From NCBI RefSeq assembly GCF_036971445.1, contig NC_091470.1, forward strand, positions 65,658,001 to 65,722,000: a DNA stretch of 64,000 bases. Reading direction: 5' to 3'. Positions 51,700 through 64,000 of this stretch are shown one piece after another. Source of the DNA: Narcine bancroftii (Eukaryota). The stretch's first letter is position 1; each line of letters starts with the position of its first letter. The notes below the pieces were generated by a model, which was not told where the DNA came from, did not search any database, and saw only the letters and a list, made by a program, of their open reading frames with translations. A program made the position numbers and the translations under genes.

Positions 51700-54600
51700 T
51701 CCCTCTTGGAAACAGACAAGACCAACAAGCGGAGATAAACACTATTGGAGCCTCCGCACAGGAGAGATGAGATGCAGGAAGAGCCCAGGGCAGACCAGTG
51801 CCGACAATTGGCGATATGATGGGGATCGTACAATTGCTGGCTAATAAAAAAGCAAGACCCAAGACAAAGGTCCAAAGATAATGAAAGCAGTGGGTAAAAT
51901 GAAAACTACACTTGCTACTCTAACCAACCACATGGCAGCCACCGAAGACAAAAGGGAGGGCAGGCTGGAGAAAATTGAAAACAATACAGATGCCTGGATA
52001 GTTGAAAGAGAGAGACTGTTGGAGAAACTGGATTCGTTAGAAAATTATAATAAGCAACAATGTAAGGATTGTGGAGGTAAGGGAAGGGACAGCAATCGGT
52101 GAGTTCATGAAATGGATCCTGAAGATGCTGGGAATAAATGGGTGTAATGAGCCCATTGTAATTGAGAGGTCCCACCGAACCTCCAGTCCCTGACCAGGGC
52201 AAACCAACACCCACCCCTGGTACTGATAATACTGCACAAATACCAAGGCAGGGAGATAATACTCCACGTAGCCAGGGAGCTCGATGGGCCATTGTTAGAA
52301 GGGACGAGGATCACCTTTTTCCCTGACTTTAAGTGCAGCATTGGTCAAGGAGAGGAAATAATTCATCATTCAAAGAATCCTATGTACAAAAAAAATTGGA
52401 TATGCCCTGTTGCATCCAGCGATATTATGAATCAACATACCAGGAGGGGACAAAGAAAATATTTAAAAGATTCCTGAAAGGCAATGGTGCTGGTACAGAA
52501 AATGAAGACCCAATGGGGAGATGGAAAAACAAGGAAAATGGACTAAGGGACAAAGGGCATAAGGGATAAGGAAAATAATGAGATATCCTTTTTCTTGACA
52601 GTTTTTGTATAGTCCAAAGAGGGATAGCAAAGCAATATAATACATAAGGGATTTAACAACAATAGGAGGAGACGAGGGCAATCGATTTATATACAATGAG
52701 GAGTGGGAAAGAGAATTGAAGGGTAAAATCTTCAATGAGAGTGGAAGGTGAACCTGGCTTAAAGGGGAACAATGTCGCCAAGGAGTTAGTTATTGGCGCT
52801 AAAATAAAAGGTAGAAAATTTAGTATATATAAAGAGGGTATTTGTTGTTTTTTTCCCCCGTTTTTTTTTCTTTGTGTTTCCAGCAGCACCGTCAATGTGA
52901 AGGAAAGAAATACTTGAATTGAGGCAAGCACACGGCTATAGAAGAACATATGTGGGCTTCCAGAGAGAGATAAGCACAAACATAGATATCAATGAAAAAG
53001 ACATTAAAACTCATGAGTATTTATATAAATGGATTGAACAGACATTAATACAGAAAATACATCTCACAAAGTATGAACATACCAAACTAAAAAGTGATTG
53101 GGTGGGACAAGTAATATTATCTTCATATAATAAATAAAAATGTTCCAGTAGTGGTGAAGGAGGTAGTAGCGGATCCGAATGGACAATATATAATAGCACA
53201 CTGTAAGATCTACTCAGAGGCCTGGTCACTTATCAACCTTCATGCACCAAACACAGACAATAAGCTATTTATACAAAAGGTCTTTCTTAAAAAAGGTGGA
53301 GGACAAAACAATGTTTTAATTGGGAGAGATTTCAATTTTTGTTTGGATCCTATATTGGATGAATCCACACAGACAGTGACAAAAACTAAAGCATCAAAAG
53401 CCACACTAGCATATATGAAGGATCTAAACCGAATAGATGCCTGGAGATGGTTACACCCCTAAGCTAGAGACTACTCCTTTTACTCAAAACCCCATGATTC
53501 TTTCACCAGAACTGACTATTTCCCAATGTTGACACAGTTGGAATGCAGAATGGTTGAATCGGAGTATTTAGTCAGATTATTTTTGGACTATTCACCTTTA
53601 GCATTGATGATAATAATGCTGGAAAAACAGGCACCAATGTATAGGTGGTGACTCAATTCTATGCTGTTGAAAAGAGAAGACCTGTGTACATTTATAAGGG
53701 AACAAATTAACGTATTTTGTGAAACCATCTCCCCATCTACTAACAACAGTTTCCTGATATAGAACAAACTAAAAGGCTACCTGAGGGGGCAGATAAATAT
53801 CATACACTAAAAATAACCAGAAAAAAACATATGGCAGAAATTAATAATCAGGAAAAAGAAATTACAGCACTAGAGAAGGAATATAAAAAATCTGGCTCAG
53901 AGGATAAATACCAATTTTTAATAAATAAAAGTTTAAATACAATAAAAACATTCAAAATTTAAAAAGACAATGAGATTGAAACAAAAATATTATGAATTGG
54001 GGGGAAAGAGAGCACAAAGTTTTGTCTTGGCAGCGAAAGGCAGAGGAAACCTCAAAGACTATCAACACACTTCAACTGGAGTCAGATATATCTCACAATC
54101 CAAATTAATAATTAGTACTTTTAAACAATTCTATGCAGAATTATATAAATCAGAATAACCACAGGATCAAACAAAAGTAGATGATTTTCTGAATGGAATT
54201 GAACTGCTGAGATTGAGGCAAGAGGACCAGATGACTTAAGATGTTTCCCCCTTCCTCCCCCGCCCCACTCCCAAATCTTGGGATAACATTGAAAAAACTT
54301 TGGGATTGTTACAAGCTAATAAGTCTCCAGGGGAGGATGGTTTCCCACCTGAGTTTTACAAAAAGTTTAAAGATTTGTTGATGCCACTCATGATGGGTGT
54401 GGTCAATCAAATGGCGGACACAAAGACTCTCCCGGAAACCTTTTCAACAGCAATAATTGTGATGCTACCCAAGAAGAATAAAGATCCATTAAAATCTGTG
54501 TCTCACTGTTAAATACAGACTACAAGATAATAGCCAAAGCACTGGCTGAGAGATTGGGCCAATAGCTCTCAAAATAAATCCAGACCAAGCAAGTTTCATA

Positions 54601-54960
54601 TAAAAAAAATTCTCCTGACAACTTGATAAGATTATTGAATATAATACATTTGGCACAATCCAGAGAAGATCCCAGTGTAGCAGTAAATCTGGATGCAGAA
54701 AAAGCCTTTGATAGATTGGAATGGTCATATTAATTGGGTGAAAACACTATATTCTAAACCACAAGCAAGGATCATAACAAATGGCCAAATTTTGTCGACA
54801 TTCCCCTTACTTAGGTCTAGCAGACAGAGTTGTTCACTGACTCCAAGGCTGTTTGTATTATCTATTGAATTATTAGCAGAATATTTTAGAAGGGACCCAA
54901 ACATTAAGGGGCCAAGCTGAACAGAAAATAAACCTATTTGCAGACAATGTGCTATTATTG
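51700..54960 (+). mobile_element. Degraded L1-clade LINE (ORF1 remnant, APE endonuclease, RT)
   Basis: IERSHRT and ITFFPD (ORF1); DPNGQYII, INLHAPN, GRDFNFCLD (APE); KSPGEDGFPPEFYK, LDAEKAFDRLEW (RT); many stops and frameshifts. Confidence 0.88.
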
Positions 54961-56439
54961 CAGTTATTTGATTTTCAAAGTTTTTGGGGGGGGGGAGGGA
55001 AGGAAATTGTAAGTAATCCCCTCTATGGGCACCAGTCTTACCTTCAAAGACAACTACAAGCGACAGTGTCAAGAAAGCAACCTTTTTCCGCTAGGACTCT
55101 CACCACCCAGGCAATACCCTTTTCTCACTGCTACCATTGGGAAGGAGGTTCCCGTACTTGAAGGTGAAAACTTATCTGTGTACAAAAACAGCTTCTTTCT
55201 CTCTGCCATCAGATTTCTGAATGGACAATGAATTGTGGACACCACTTTTTTTTTGCACTAATTTATTTATTTCCTTTTAATGTAATTTATTACAATTTTG
55301 CACCTGTCAGGCTGCCTCAAAGCAGTGAATTGACATGTTCAAGACAATAAATTGTGATCCTAAAAAATTCAATCTTATACATAGGTGGGAAAGAGAAGCA
55401 GACAAAAAACACAAAGGAAAAACTGGCAAGGCACCATTTCTCTGATTAATGATTTTTAAATCTGAATAAATCTTTGGAGTTAAAATTCTTCTCTCGTGAT
55501 ATTTGACCCAGACTTGCATGGGACCAATCATTGACAGGGAAATGGGGCCAGTAGCCAACGCTGCAGTGCATCTGTCATTCACACAACCACACTACTATTT
55601 CCCTGACCATCCATTTTGATTTTTAAATAATTTCAATCAAGTACTTTGAAATGACTTCAACATGTAACACATATATGAGGGAGCTTCTAATAATGTAGCA
55701 TTCCCTCAGTATTACATAAAAATCTCAATCAAGAATATCTACTCAAGGCCTCAGGTAGGATTTGTGCTTAAAATGTTCTGAATAAAAACAACAAATAACT
55801 AAATACTGTATGATGCTACTGAAGTGGTAGTGGTTTAGGTTGTCTCCAGATTTTACTAGAATTATAGTTCGACATATTTGAGCATGCATCTCAAATATAC
55901 CAAAAACTTGCATCTATGCAACTCTAAAAAAACATATCATATCAATGTGATACATAGAAGAGTAACTAAAAATGGAGAGCAAGTATAGGTACAGGAAGAG
56001 GTGTGACAGAAAGTGCAATGATAAAAAAAGTGACCACAAGTGAATTGGAAGATATGTGGATAGTAAAGCAGATTCTAAATATAGAGTTAGCCAGTATTCT
56101 TTTATAGCACCAATGGAATCGCAAGGAGAGTTACATGCAGGTAGGGGAGAAAAGTTAAAAAGCAGCATTTGCATGGAGAGAGGGTTACACACAGGTTGTG
56201 GAGGAGAGCTACAGTGATTGGTAATTCAATAATTAGGAGAACAGAGGTTTTATGAACAAAATCAAGACTCCTGGATGGTAATGTGGCCTCCCAAGTACCA
56301 GGCATGTCTTAGATCAAGTCCGCAGCATTTTCAAGTGGAGGGTGAGCAGCCAAATGTCAATATTTCACGTTGGTACCAATGACATGGATAGGAAAAGGGA
56401 TGAGGTCCTAAGTTAGGAAGGAAGCTGAAAAGCAGAACC

Positions 56440-57053
56440 TCTGGATTGATTGTTTTTGTGCATACTGTGGTGGAATGGAGTGGAGACAGTCACCCACCTC
56501 TTTGCCAAGTGCAGATTTGCAAAGATTATGTGGAGAAGGATGCAAGGGTCCTTGTCACAGTTTATTGCTTGCAGCAGCGTGAAAGAGAACTCTGATTTAC
56601 GGGCTGGTCCTGGGACATACACAGAGTCAGTCAAACAGAACTGCTGAAAGACCATCAACATGGTGAAATATACACTCGTCTGCCTGAAACTGGTTGGTCT
56701 TTCAGCACATGGAGATATTGGTAAGGGAATGCTGCTGGAGTAGAGGCTTGGTGCAGCCAACGCGAAGATCCTGTGGGGAAGGTCCCTAGTCAAGAATCCT
56801 CCCATTACCAATTGAGGGGCTGAGACATGGGCATGTCCCTCAAACAACCCGGTGGTGGGGAGGGGGGGGGGGGGTGGGAGAGCGACAAGGCACCATGGGA
56901 GCAGTTATGGTGTAATTAGAGAACAAATGTAACATTGTACATTAACAGGAGTGTATAGAAATATGATTGACATGATAGGTGAGAAAAGACATTGAACAGT
57001 TTTCTTTTTAAATAATTTATTTTGAATAAAGTCTATTTTTTGGGGGAAAAAAG
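56440..57053 (+). mobile_element. Tx1-like LINE 3' fragment, next to a CR1 ORF1 remnant (~56150-56440)
   Basis: GVETVTHLFAKCRFAKIMW zinc-knuckle remnant; AATAAAGTCTATTTT...AAAAAA tail. Confidence 0.6.
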
Positions 57054-57520
57054 TAATCCCTCTGCCACACGCCAGTGTGAGCACAGTAAGAAGTTATGGC
57101 CAATTGTATGGTGTATTTAAGGCAGAGACTGACAATTATCTGAATAATCAGGGTAACAAAGGTTATGGGGAGAAGGTGAGGTTGACTGGAAGGAATGATC
57201 AGCTCATGATGGAATGGTAGAGCAGATTCAATGGGCTGAATGGTCCCCCTCCTATATTTAATGGACCAACTTTTTTTTTTAAAAAAAGTTCTGAACCACA
57301 TGCATTCAGCTGTCACTCTCTGCAGGTTTAAACAGAAATGAGGTTGGATCCATGCTTCTTCTCAATGTTTTTGAATATCCATAATTATATATATGAATAC
57401 ATTGAACCAATTATTGTTTATGTAAATACTGTGATCAGTTTTCCGGACCACTCATCTAATCGGCTTGTTCTAATTGAGTGCAGCCTTGGTTTACTTTTGG
57501 AAATCACAACAGATCACTGC

Positions 57521-57937
57521 TTTTAAGTACCAACACACTAAACAGTAGTTTATCTGAAATTACTTCTGTTTTAGATGTTTTAAAAATTTGCTGATATTTT
57601 TGGGACATTATAGGGAATATATTTATTTGGGGATTGCACTAGGTACAAAATAATGGTTTCTGCAGGAAGACTGTGCCCAATCCAATGTAGATTAATGAAA
57701 ACACAGCATTGGAATGTAGAATCACTTTTTTAAGTACCAACACACTAAACAGAAGTAGTTTATCTGAAATTACTTCTGTTTTAAATGTTTTAAAAATTTG
57801 CTAATATTTTTGGGACATTATAGGGAATATATTTATTTGGGGGTTGCACTAGGTACAAAATAATGGTTTCTGCAGGAAGACTGTGCCCGATCCAATGTAG
57901 ATTAATGAAAACACAGCATTGGAATGTAGAATCACTT
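57521..57937 (+). repeat. Tandem duplication, 2 x ~207 bp, ~97% identical
   Basis: units 57521-57727 and 57728-57937. Confidence 0.95.
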
Positions 57938-59793
57938 TTTTTTAAAATTGTGGAACTGGCAGGGAATATTATTTTACAATCAATCAATACACGATAAAAA
58001 TTAACCAATATGTTTGAGGGATTTATGCCTAAATTCACTTTCGAAATTGCCTGTTTTCACAACATATTTCAGGCTGAAGTCCAGTGTGAGCAATCTCATG
58101 GTCATCTTTAGAGTTTACCTGCTTCATCTCAGTCTCCACATCTGCCTCCACTCAACTGCTGAAAATCTCATCCATGTTTCGATAACCTCAAAACAAACTT
58201 CTTCCACCTGACTTTCCATTTTCATCCTCTGCTGCCTATAATGCTAACCTACACCAAGTACTCACATCCATAGCAGTTTGTTCACTCTAATCAAACTTCA
58301 GTTTCAACTTTTGCACATTTACAAAACTTTCCAAGACTTCATCCTACCTTTGAAACGAAAGCACAATCATCCAAAATATTGCCATGCATGATTGTGGTGT
58401 GTTATGCATTCCCTTTCAGTTCAGTGGTCATCCATTCAGTTGGCTCAGTCTTAGGTTCTAAACTAGAATGTGGCATTCCCTCTATCATTATCACCTTTAG
58501 CTTTGTCTGATTTCACAAGGAAACGCTATGGGATGATTTCCTACATTAAAGGTTCTGCAGAAATATCCATTTATGGAAATCTTTTATGGATGATTAGATT
58601 CAATACTGTACCTTTAATGCAAAAAGCTGCTAATACAAATTGCCTCAACATTCACTGTCAGATTTTGCAACCCCATTGAACATGGGGTTGCTGCCTTTTA
58701 GTCAAGAAATAAGAACAAACAGGAAATTTATGAGAATGAATGCATTTAGCAGAATAAAAATACGTTGGTAAGATGTTAGGATGTGATATTCCGCTGAAAG
58801 TACTTCAAACTAAGCTTTTGTAATTAAGGACACCATTTTTTTTTCCCCAAAATCCCTTACAAAAAAGGGCAACACCATTAATTTGAAATGTATAAATTCT
58901 GAAAGACAAATCCAAAAAGGGAATTTACAGATTAGTTGTCTTCTGGAATATGTAGTTTTCTTATTGAAATTGTTTTTCTAGGAAAAGTAGTCGACTGAAC
59001 TTTATTTATTCCAGAATATGCAAAACAGCATCAGTATCCACTTCATCCCAAGTACTGAGATTCTAATTACACTCTGTTGGCTCTGCCAGGGCAGGCCACA
59101 TTGACAGCAGACTCACTATTCCAAGGTCTGTTATGCAAATACAGCTTTGAAAACTTGCAAATTCCCATCGTTTCCTGACCTCAAACTAGAGAGGCAGTAT
59201 TTCGTTCGAGTTTGTGCCTCAAATGCTCAGCAACATACCTTTCTGTAGCTACTCCATTTCCCACAGCATCAGTACTCACCTCTTGATGCTAAGGTGATCC
59301 TGTGCCCCTTAATTATCTCAATTTCTATTTTTTTGTTAGTTGACTGCATTCCCAACTTATCCGAAGCCATTTAAACTGAAGCTTGCAGCTCCCACACCAC
59401 CTCGAATTTGTACACATTCAGGTGAATCTTCTGCAGTCTGCACCAACTTGCTGCCTTGGCCGTGAATTCACTTGGAACATTAATTTGAACACAGCCTATT
59501 TTTCGAATTTCCCAACACGAGTGACCTAAAGCAGATGGTGTTGGGTTGAAGGTGAATTTGTGAAAGTACTGAGTCATGGAAACAGTACCTCGGTCTCTGC
59601 TTTCACGGGTGCACCTTGACCTCCCCAGAGTGTCCACTTTTTGCTTTTTCGACATCTTTCCTGCAATTTAGCCCAAGATGAAGAGTGAGCAATCGAATTC
59701 CCTTCCCGCCCGCTTCAGCCGCCACCATGAGGTCCAACCATCCAATGGTCGACGCGAACAACGAGGATGTGGGCGGAGACCGAAAGCACTTAC

Positions 59794-59920
59794 TTTCGCG
59801 TAGTTTCACTTTGAAATCGGGGGCTTTTCTTCTTTTCCTGTCAAAATAAATGCAGTAACCGATGAATGCGGCTCCGAAGACTCCCGCCACGATGGCCCCC
59901 GTCCTCCCGATCTGCAGCAT
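59794..59920 (-). CDS. TOMM20L: TOMM20-family exon 1 (MLQIGRTGAIVAGVFGAAFIGYCIYFDRKRRKAPDFKVKLRE), signal-anchor TM
   Basis: FIGYCIYFDRKRR Tom20 signature; A|GTAAGT donor; symbol assigned from synteny with TIMM9/KIAA0586 (paralog identity is inference). Confidence 0.93.
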
Positions 59921-59929
59921 TCCGAGCAG

Positions 59930-60140
59930 ACGCGCTCCTTCACTCCCACCCCCGAGCCGGCCGGAAGTGTAACCTGGGCAACGTCACCCTCCGCCTGACC
60001 ACGCCCCCGCCCGCTGACAGCTGGGCTGCCTTCCATCGGGTCGGGGCCGTGCCACCCTCTTCAGTCTGGTCTCCACCCTTCCGCCCCCCTTAACTTGGCT
60101 TGGACTCGGACTCGGTGTCTCTCACCGCGAATCGAGCACG
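59930..60140 (-). promoter_or_regulatory. CpG-rich promoter of the TOMM20-family gene
   Basis: CCGGAAGT (ETS/GABP) 59961-68, GC boxes ~60004-60012 and ~60081-88, just upstream of the ATG. Confidence 0.7.
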
Positions 60141-61633
60141 ATCAGGACTCCGATTCGTCCTTCTCGCCAGTGGATTTGGAATGAGGCATCAGACCCAGAG
60201 GCGGAGTTGCGGGCCCTGAGCCAGCGCTGTCAGACTTTCCAAGGGCAGGATTGCTGACTGCTGCTTCATAGACCACAAGCTCAGCATTGAACCCATTTGG
60301 TCGAGCACGGGAGTGCTTGAATTTTAGCAACTTCCACGGCGTGCTTGACATTTAAACCTATTGTTAAACAGACAGGTGCTGTTTTTAATCCATTCACACA
60401 ATCTTCTGAGCACAACACTAAAATACCAGGTGACTAGTTATCTGGCACAGCCAGAACTTCTTCCAAGATCGGGAAATCCGCCACTTTGTGGACCTGAAGT
60501 TTGACAGATCCAGCAATTTACACCCTCATACCAAGCCAATGCTCGTCTTATTTTGTTCTCCACAACTTCTCATCAGCTCCTTCCAGAGACCATTTCCAAC
60601 AGCATCATTCAAATGAGAGGGGAAACTGGAGCACCTGGAAGAAAAATCCACACTGCTCACACACAGAGATATGTGCAAACTTCCTGGGGCTCAGGCAAAC
60701 ACATTGCTGAGGCTCCATCAGCGATGACACATGCCTTCTGAATGTTTTAATGCTTACACTTAGCAATGAAGGGATCAACAAAGTTTAATCTTGGGCCTGA
60801 ATCAATGTCACAATTATAGCTGGTTGAATCATTCTTCGATCATTATGTCTGTTAGCTTCACTCCAGCTTGTTAAAATGAAATAACCTCAAGACCGTGGAA
60901 GAGGCTGATAATGACACCATAAACTTGTTTGACCCCCAGGTTGTATTGGGATTGAATTTGTGATTTGGAGGATTTGACTATGACCGATGGAACAGAGAGA
61001 TAGATGATGGTTAAAAATTTTGGCAATAGCTAAATTTACCACTGGTCTTCATAAATCCTCAGGTGATGAAAGAACTCCAGAAAAATCATGTCGATTTTCA
61101 GAAAAGGATGTTGACAGAAAATAGATAAGGCAGTAAGTGGTGTACATTAACTGAAATTAGGGGAGGAAAAAACTTTTTTTTGTTCCAGATTCCAGCATTT
61201 GCAATCTCTTTGGTCTTGTCAGCAAAAAATCTTGCTCAGAACTAAGTGAAATTAGAGAACTGTTTGTGGCATTTGGAAAGGAGTTTGGATTGGATTCTCC
61301 CAGAAAGTTTGCAAAAGGGAATAAGAAATTAAGGTTGCCAACACTGATCTAATTTTAAAAAGGTGGACAGAAAATAAATAACTTTAAATAATAACTGGAT
61401 TATTATCTGCAGGAGAGTGGAAATCAAACAGCAACATTTATGAAAATATTTCTATCCTAGAAAAGCAAACATTGGATGATTGCTTTGCACAAAACCTGCA
61501 TTCAGCCCAGAGGTGACCCTTTGCTTCAAGTTGACTGCACTTTATTTCTCCATCCCATTCCTATTGTTACCAATGGGCCTACTGTCACAGTGAGGCCCAA
61601 TGCAGATATTAGGATCACATTTAGTTCTGGACA

Positions 61634-62536
61634 TTCTTCTTTGGCTTGGCTTCGCGGACGAAGATTTATGGAGGGGGTAAAAAGTCCACGTCAGCTGCAG
61701 GCTCGTTTGTGGCTGACCAGTCCGATGCGGGACAGGCAGACACGATTGCAGCGGTTGCAGGGGAAAATTGGTTGGTTGGGGTTGGGTGTTGGGTTTTTCC
61801 TCCTTTGCCTTTTGTCAGTGAGGTGGGCTCTGCGGTCTTCTTCAAAGGAGGCTGCTGCCCGCCAAACTGTGAGGCGCCAAGATGCACGGTTTGAGGCGTT
61901 ATCAGCCCACTGGCGGTGGTCAATGTGGCAGGCACCAAGAGATTTCTTTAGGCAGTCCTTGTACCTTTTCTTTGGTGCACCTCTGTCACGGTGGCCAGTG
62001 GAGAGCTCGCCATATAATACGATCTTGGGAAGGCGATGGTCCTCCATTCTGGAGACGTGACCCATCCAGCGCAGCTGGATCTTCAGCAGCGTGGACTCGA
62101 TGCTGTCGACCTCTGCCATCTCGAGTACCTCGACGTTAGGGGTGTGAGCGCTCCAATGGATGTTGAGGATGGAGCGGAGACAACGCTGGTGGAAGCGTTC
62201 TAGGAGCCGTAGGTGGTGCCGGTAGAGGACCCATGATTCGGAGCCGAACAGGAGTGTGGGTATGACAACGGCTCTGTATACGCTTATCTTTGTGAGGTTT
62301 TTCAGTTGGTTGTTTTTCCAGACTCTTTTGTGTAGTCTTCCAAAGGCGCTATTTGCCTTGGCGAGTCTGTTGTCTATCTCATTGTCGATCCTTGCATCTG
62401 ATGAAATGGTGCAGCCGAGGTAGGTAAACTGGTTGACCGTTTTGAGTTTTGTGTGCCCGATGGAGATGTGGGGGGGCTGGTAGTCATGGTGGGGAGCTGG
62501 CTGATGGAGGACCTCAGTTTTCTTCAGGCTGACTTC
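61634..62536 (-). mobile_element. RTE-clade LINE copy 5, 5'-truncated
   Basis: ORF EVSLKKTEVLHQPAPH...HKRACS; possible 4-bp TSD CATT. Confidence 0.93.
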
Positions 62537-63469
62537 ATTTACAGCTGTTTGAACTCCATAGTTCAACATCGGGTAACTTGGTTTCTCCCATTCACCTTGT
62601 TTTGCATCTTATCCCCCATGGCCACCCAGTTTAACCCAATCAGACATCTCTCCCACTCCCCTCCCTGCAGCCTACCTTGTAAGCTTCTTTCGTCTAAGAT
62701 TCAGTTTTTGTCTCCAATCCAACACGGTGTCTCGGTTTCTCTGAGCACAGATGCTGCTTGACCGGTTGACTATTTCAAGCATTTTCTGCTTTCGAATAAA
62801 ATTTATAATCTTGGATTTTCTCAGTAAATGAACTTAAGGGCAAATATCTTTTTGCCTGACATTTAAACCTATTGTTAATCTGTTTTTAATCCATTCACAC
62901 ATAACACAATCTTCTTAGCTCAAAAATTAAAATACCAGGTGACTATTTATATGACACAGCCAGAAATTCAAAAGTGTTCAGAATTACAGGTATCCAACAT
63001 CTACACATCTAATGTACAAATATTTTGTAGTACCTGTGCAAGAATACAAGTTCACTGATTCAGGTTATGAAACAACTAAGCCATTAATTGTTGCTCTTTT
63101 AAAATATTTCAGCATGCATTAAACTTGAAAGATTTTTTTTTAAGCTTTCCTGGTTTTCAAAAATCCCAGTTCTAACATAGCAAGATCACACAGCAAATAT
63201 TTAGTTTACTGAACACAGCAATAGGAGGGTGTTTGATGTTAAGTTGAGATCACTTGGGAAAATTTCTCACAAATTATTATTAGTCTGATTCTAACCTCAC
63301 CAACTCTCCACAGATATTTCTAGAAAAAATATTTCCAGCAAAGCACTGGAAGTATGTTTGAACAATTATTCAGGCCAACAACCTGTACCACGTACATATC
63401 AAAGTTCTTAAGTGTACTGAATCAAATCCAAGTTTTATGTGGCAACTTCAACTGAGAGCGACAGTTACA

Positions 63470-64000
63470 CAGCACAGAAATAAGACATTAGGCCAGACCC
63501 TGTCCATGCCAACCAACTTGTGAACTTGAACAAGTCCTCTTTACCCATGTTTTGTCCTTTACCCACTATACCCCGACTATCCCACAATACTCTCCACAGC
63601 CAACTTCCCAAAATACAACATCTCACTTGTCCAAATTAAATTCTATCTTCCATTTCTTCGCCCATTTCCCAAGTTGATCTAGTTCCTAATCTTATACAAA
63701 TTTTCTTCATTATCCACCGTACCATTAATTTTGGTGTCATCCACAACCTTACTAGCTATATTAACTACCTTGTCATCCAAATTTTACAATAACAAACAAC
63801 AGTGGACCCTGCACTGATCCACGTGGCACATCACTGGTCAGATGGTTCCAATCAGAAACAGAAAACTCAAATGAAACGATCTCCTTTCACCAAGCCAATT
63901 TTGAATCAATTGGCTAACTCGCCCATGATCCCATGTGATCAAATCTCCTGGACTATCATCATTGAGACAACATCCACCTCACTGCCCTCATCGATCTTCA
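63470..64000 (-). mobile_element. CR1-type LINE fragments
   Basis: minus-strand RT remnant ...VDDTKINGTVDNEE and CR1 3' tail. Confidence 0.65.

Noticed and set aside
62800-63450. 3' UTR of a neighbouring gene such as ARID4A, expected from human synteny
   Set aside because: AT-rich unique sequence, but no coding exon or recognisable motif in the window supports it.

Overview
Vertebrate genomic DNA; the repeat content (V-SINE/HE1-like and Deu-like SINEs, Penelope, CR1, Rex1, RTE) points to a cartilaginous fish, probably a batoid. Three intron-containing genes can be built by hand with GT-AG junctions and consistent phases: the first 8 coding exons of KIAA0586/TALPID3 (minus, 38039 to 607, continuing beyond the window), a complete TIMM9 (plus, CDS 44458-45225, 90 aa, absent from the ORF track), and a complete TOMM20-family gene (minus, 59920 to 45512, 151 aa) in the TOMM20L syntenic position. 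KIAA0586 and TIMM9 share a CpG-rich bidirectional promoter, and TIMM9 and TOMM20L converge with stop codons only 286 bp apart. Introns are packed with mobile elements: five near-identical young RTE LINE copies (one with a twin-priming-type 5' inversion), a decayed Gypsy provirus nested in a MITE, a solo LTR, Penelope, L1, Tx1, Rex1, CR1, SINEs and several MITEs. The most notable unexplained structures are an ancient ~190-bp inverted repeat in KIAA0586 intron 6 whose core mismatches are mostly G-U compatible on the transcribed strand, a locally templated inverted insertion, a bipartite RTE-derived SINE, and hammerhead-like Penelope hairpins. A 432-N assembly gap lies at 36849-37280. All alignments and identities were estimated by eye.
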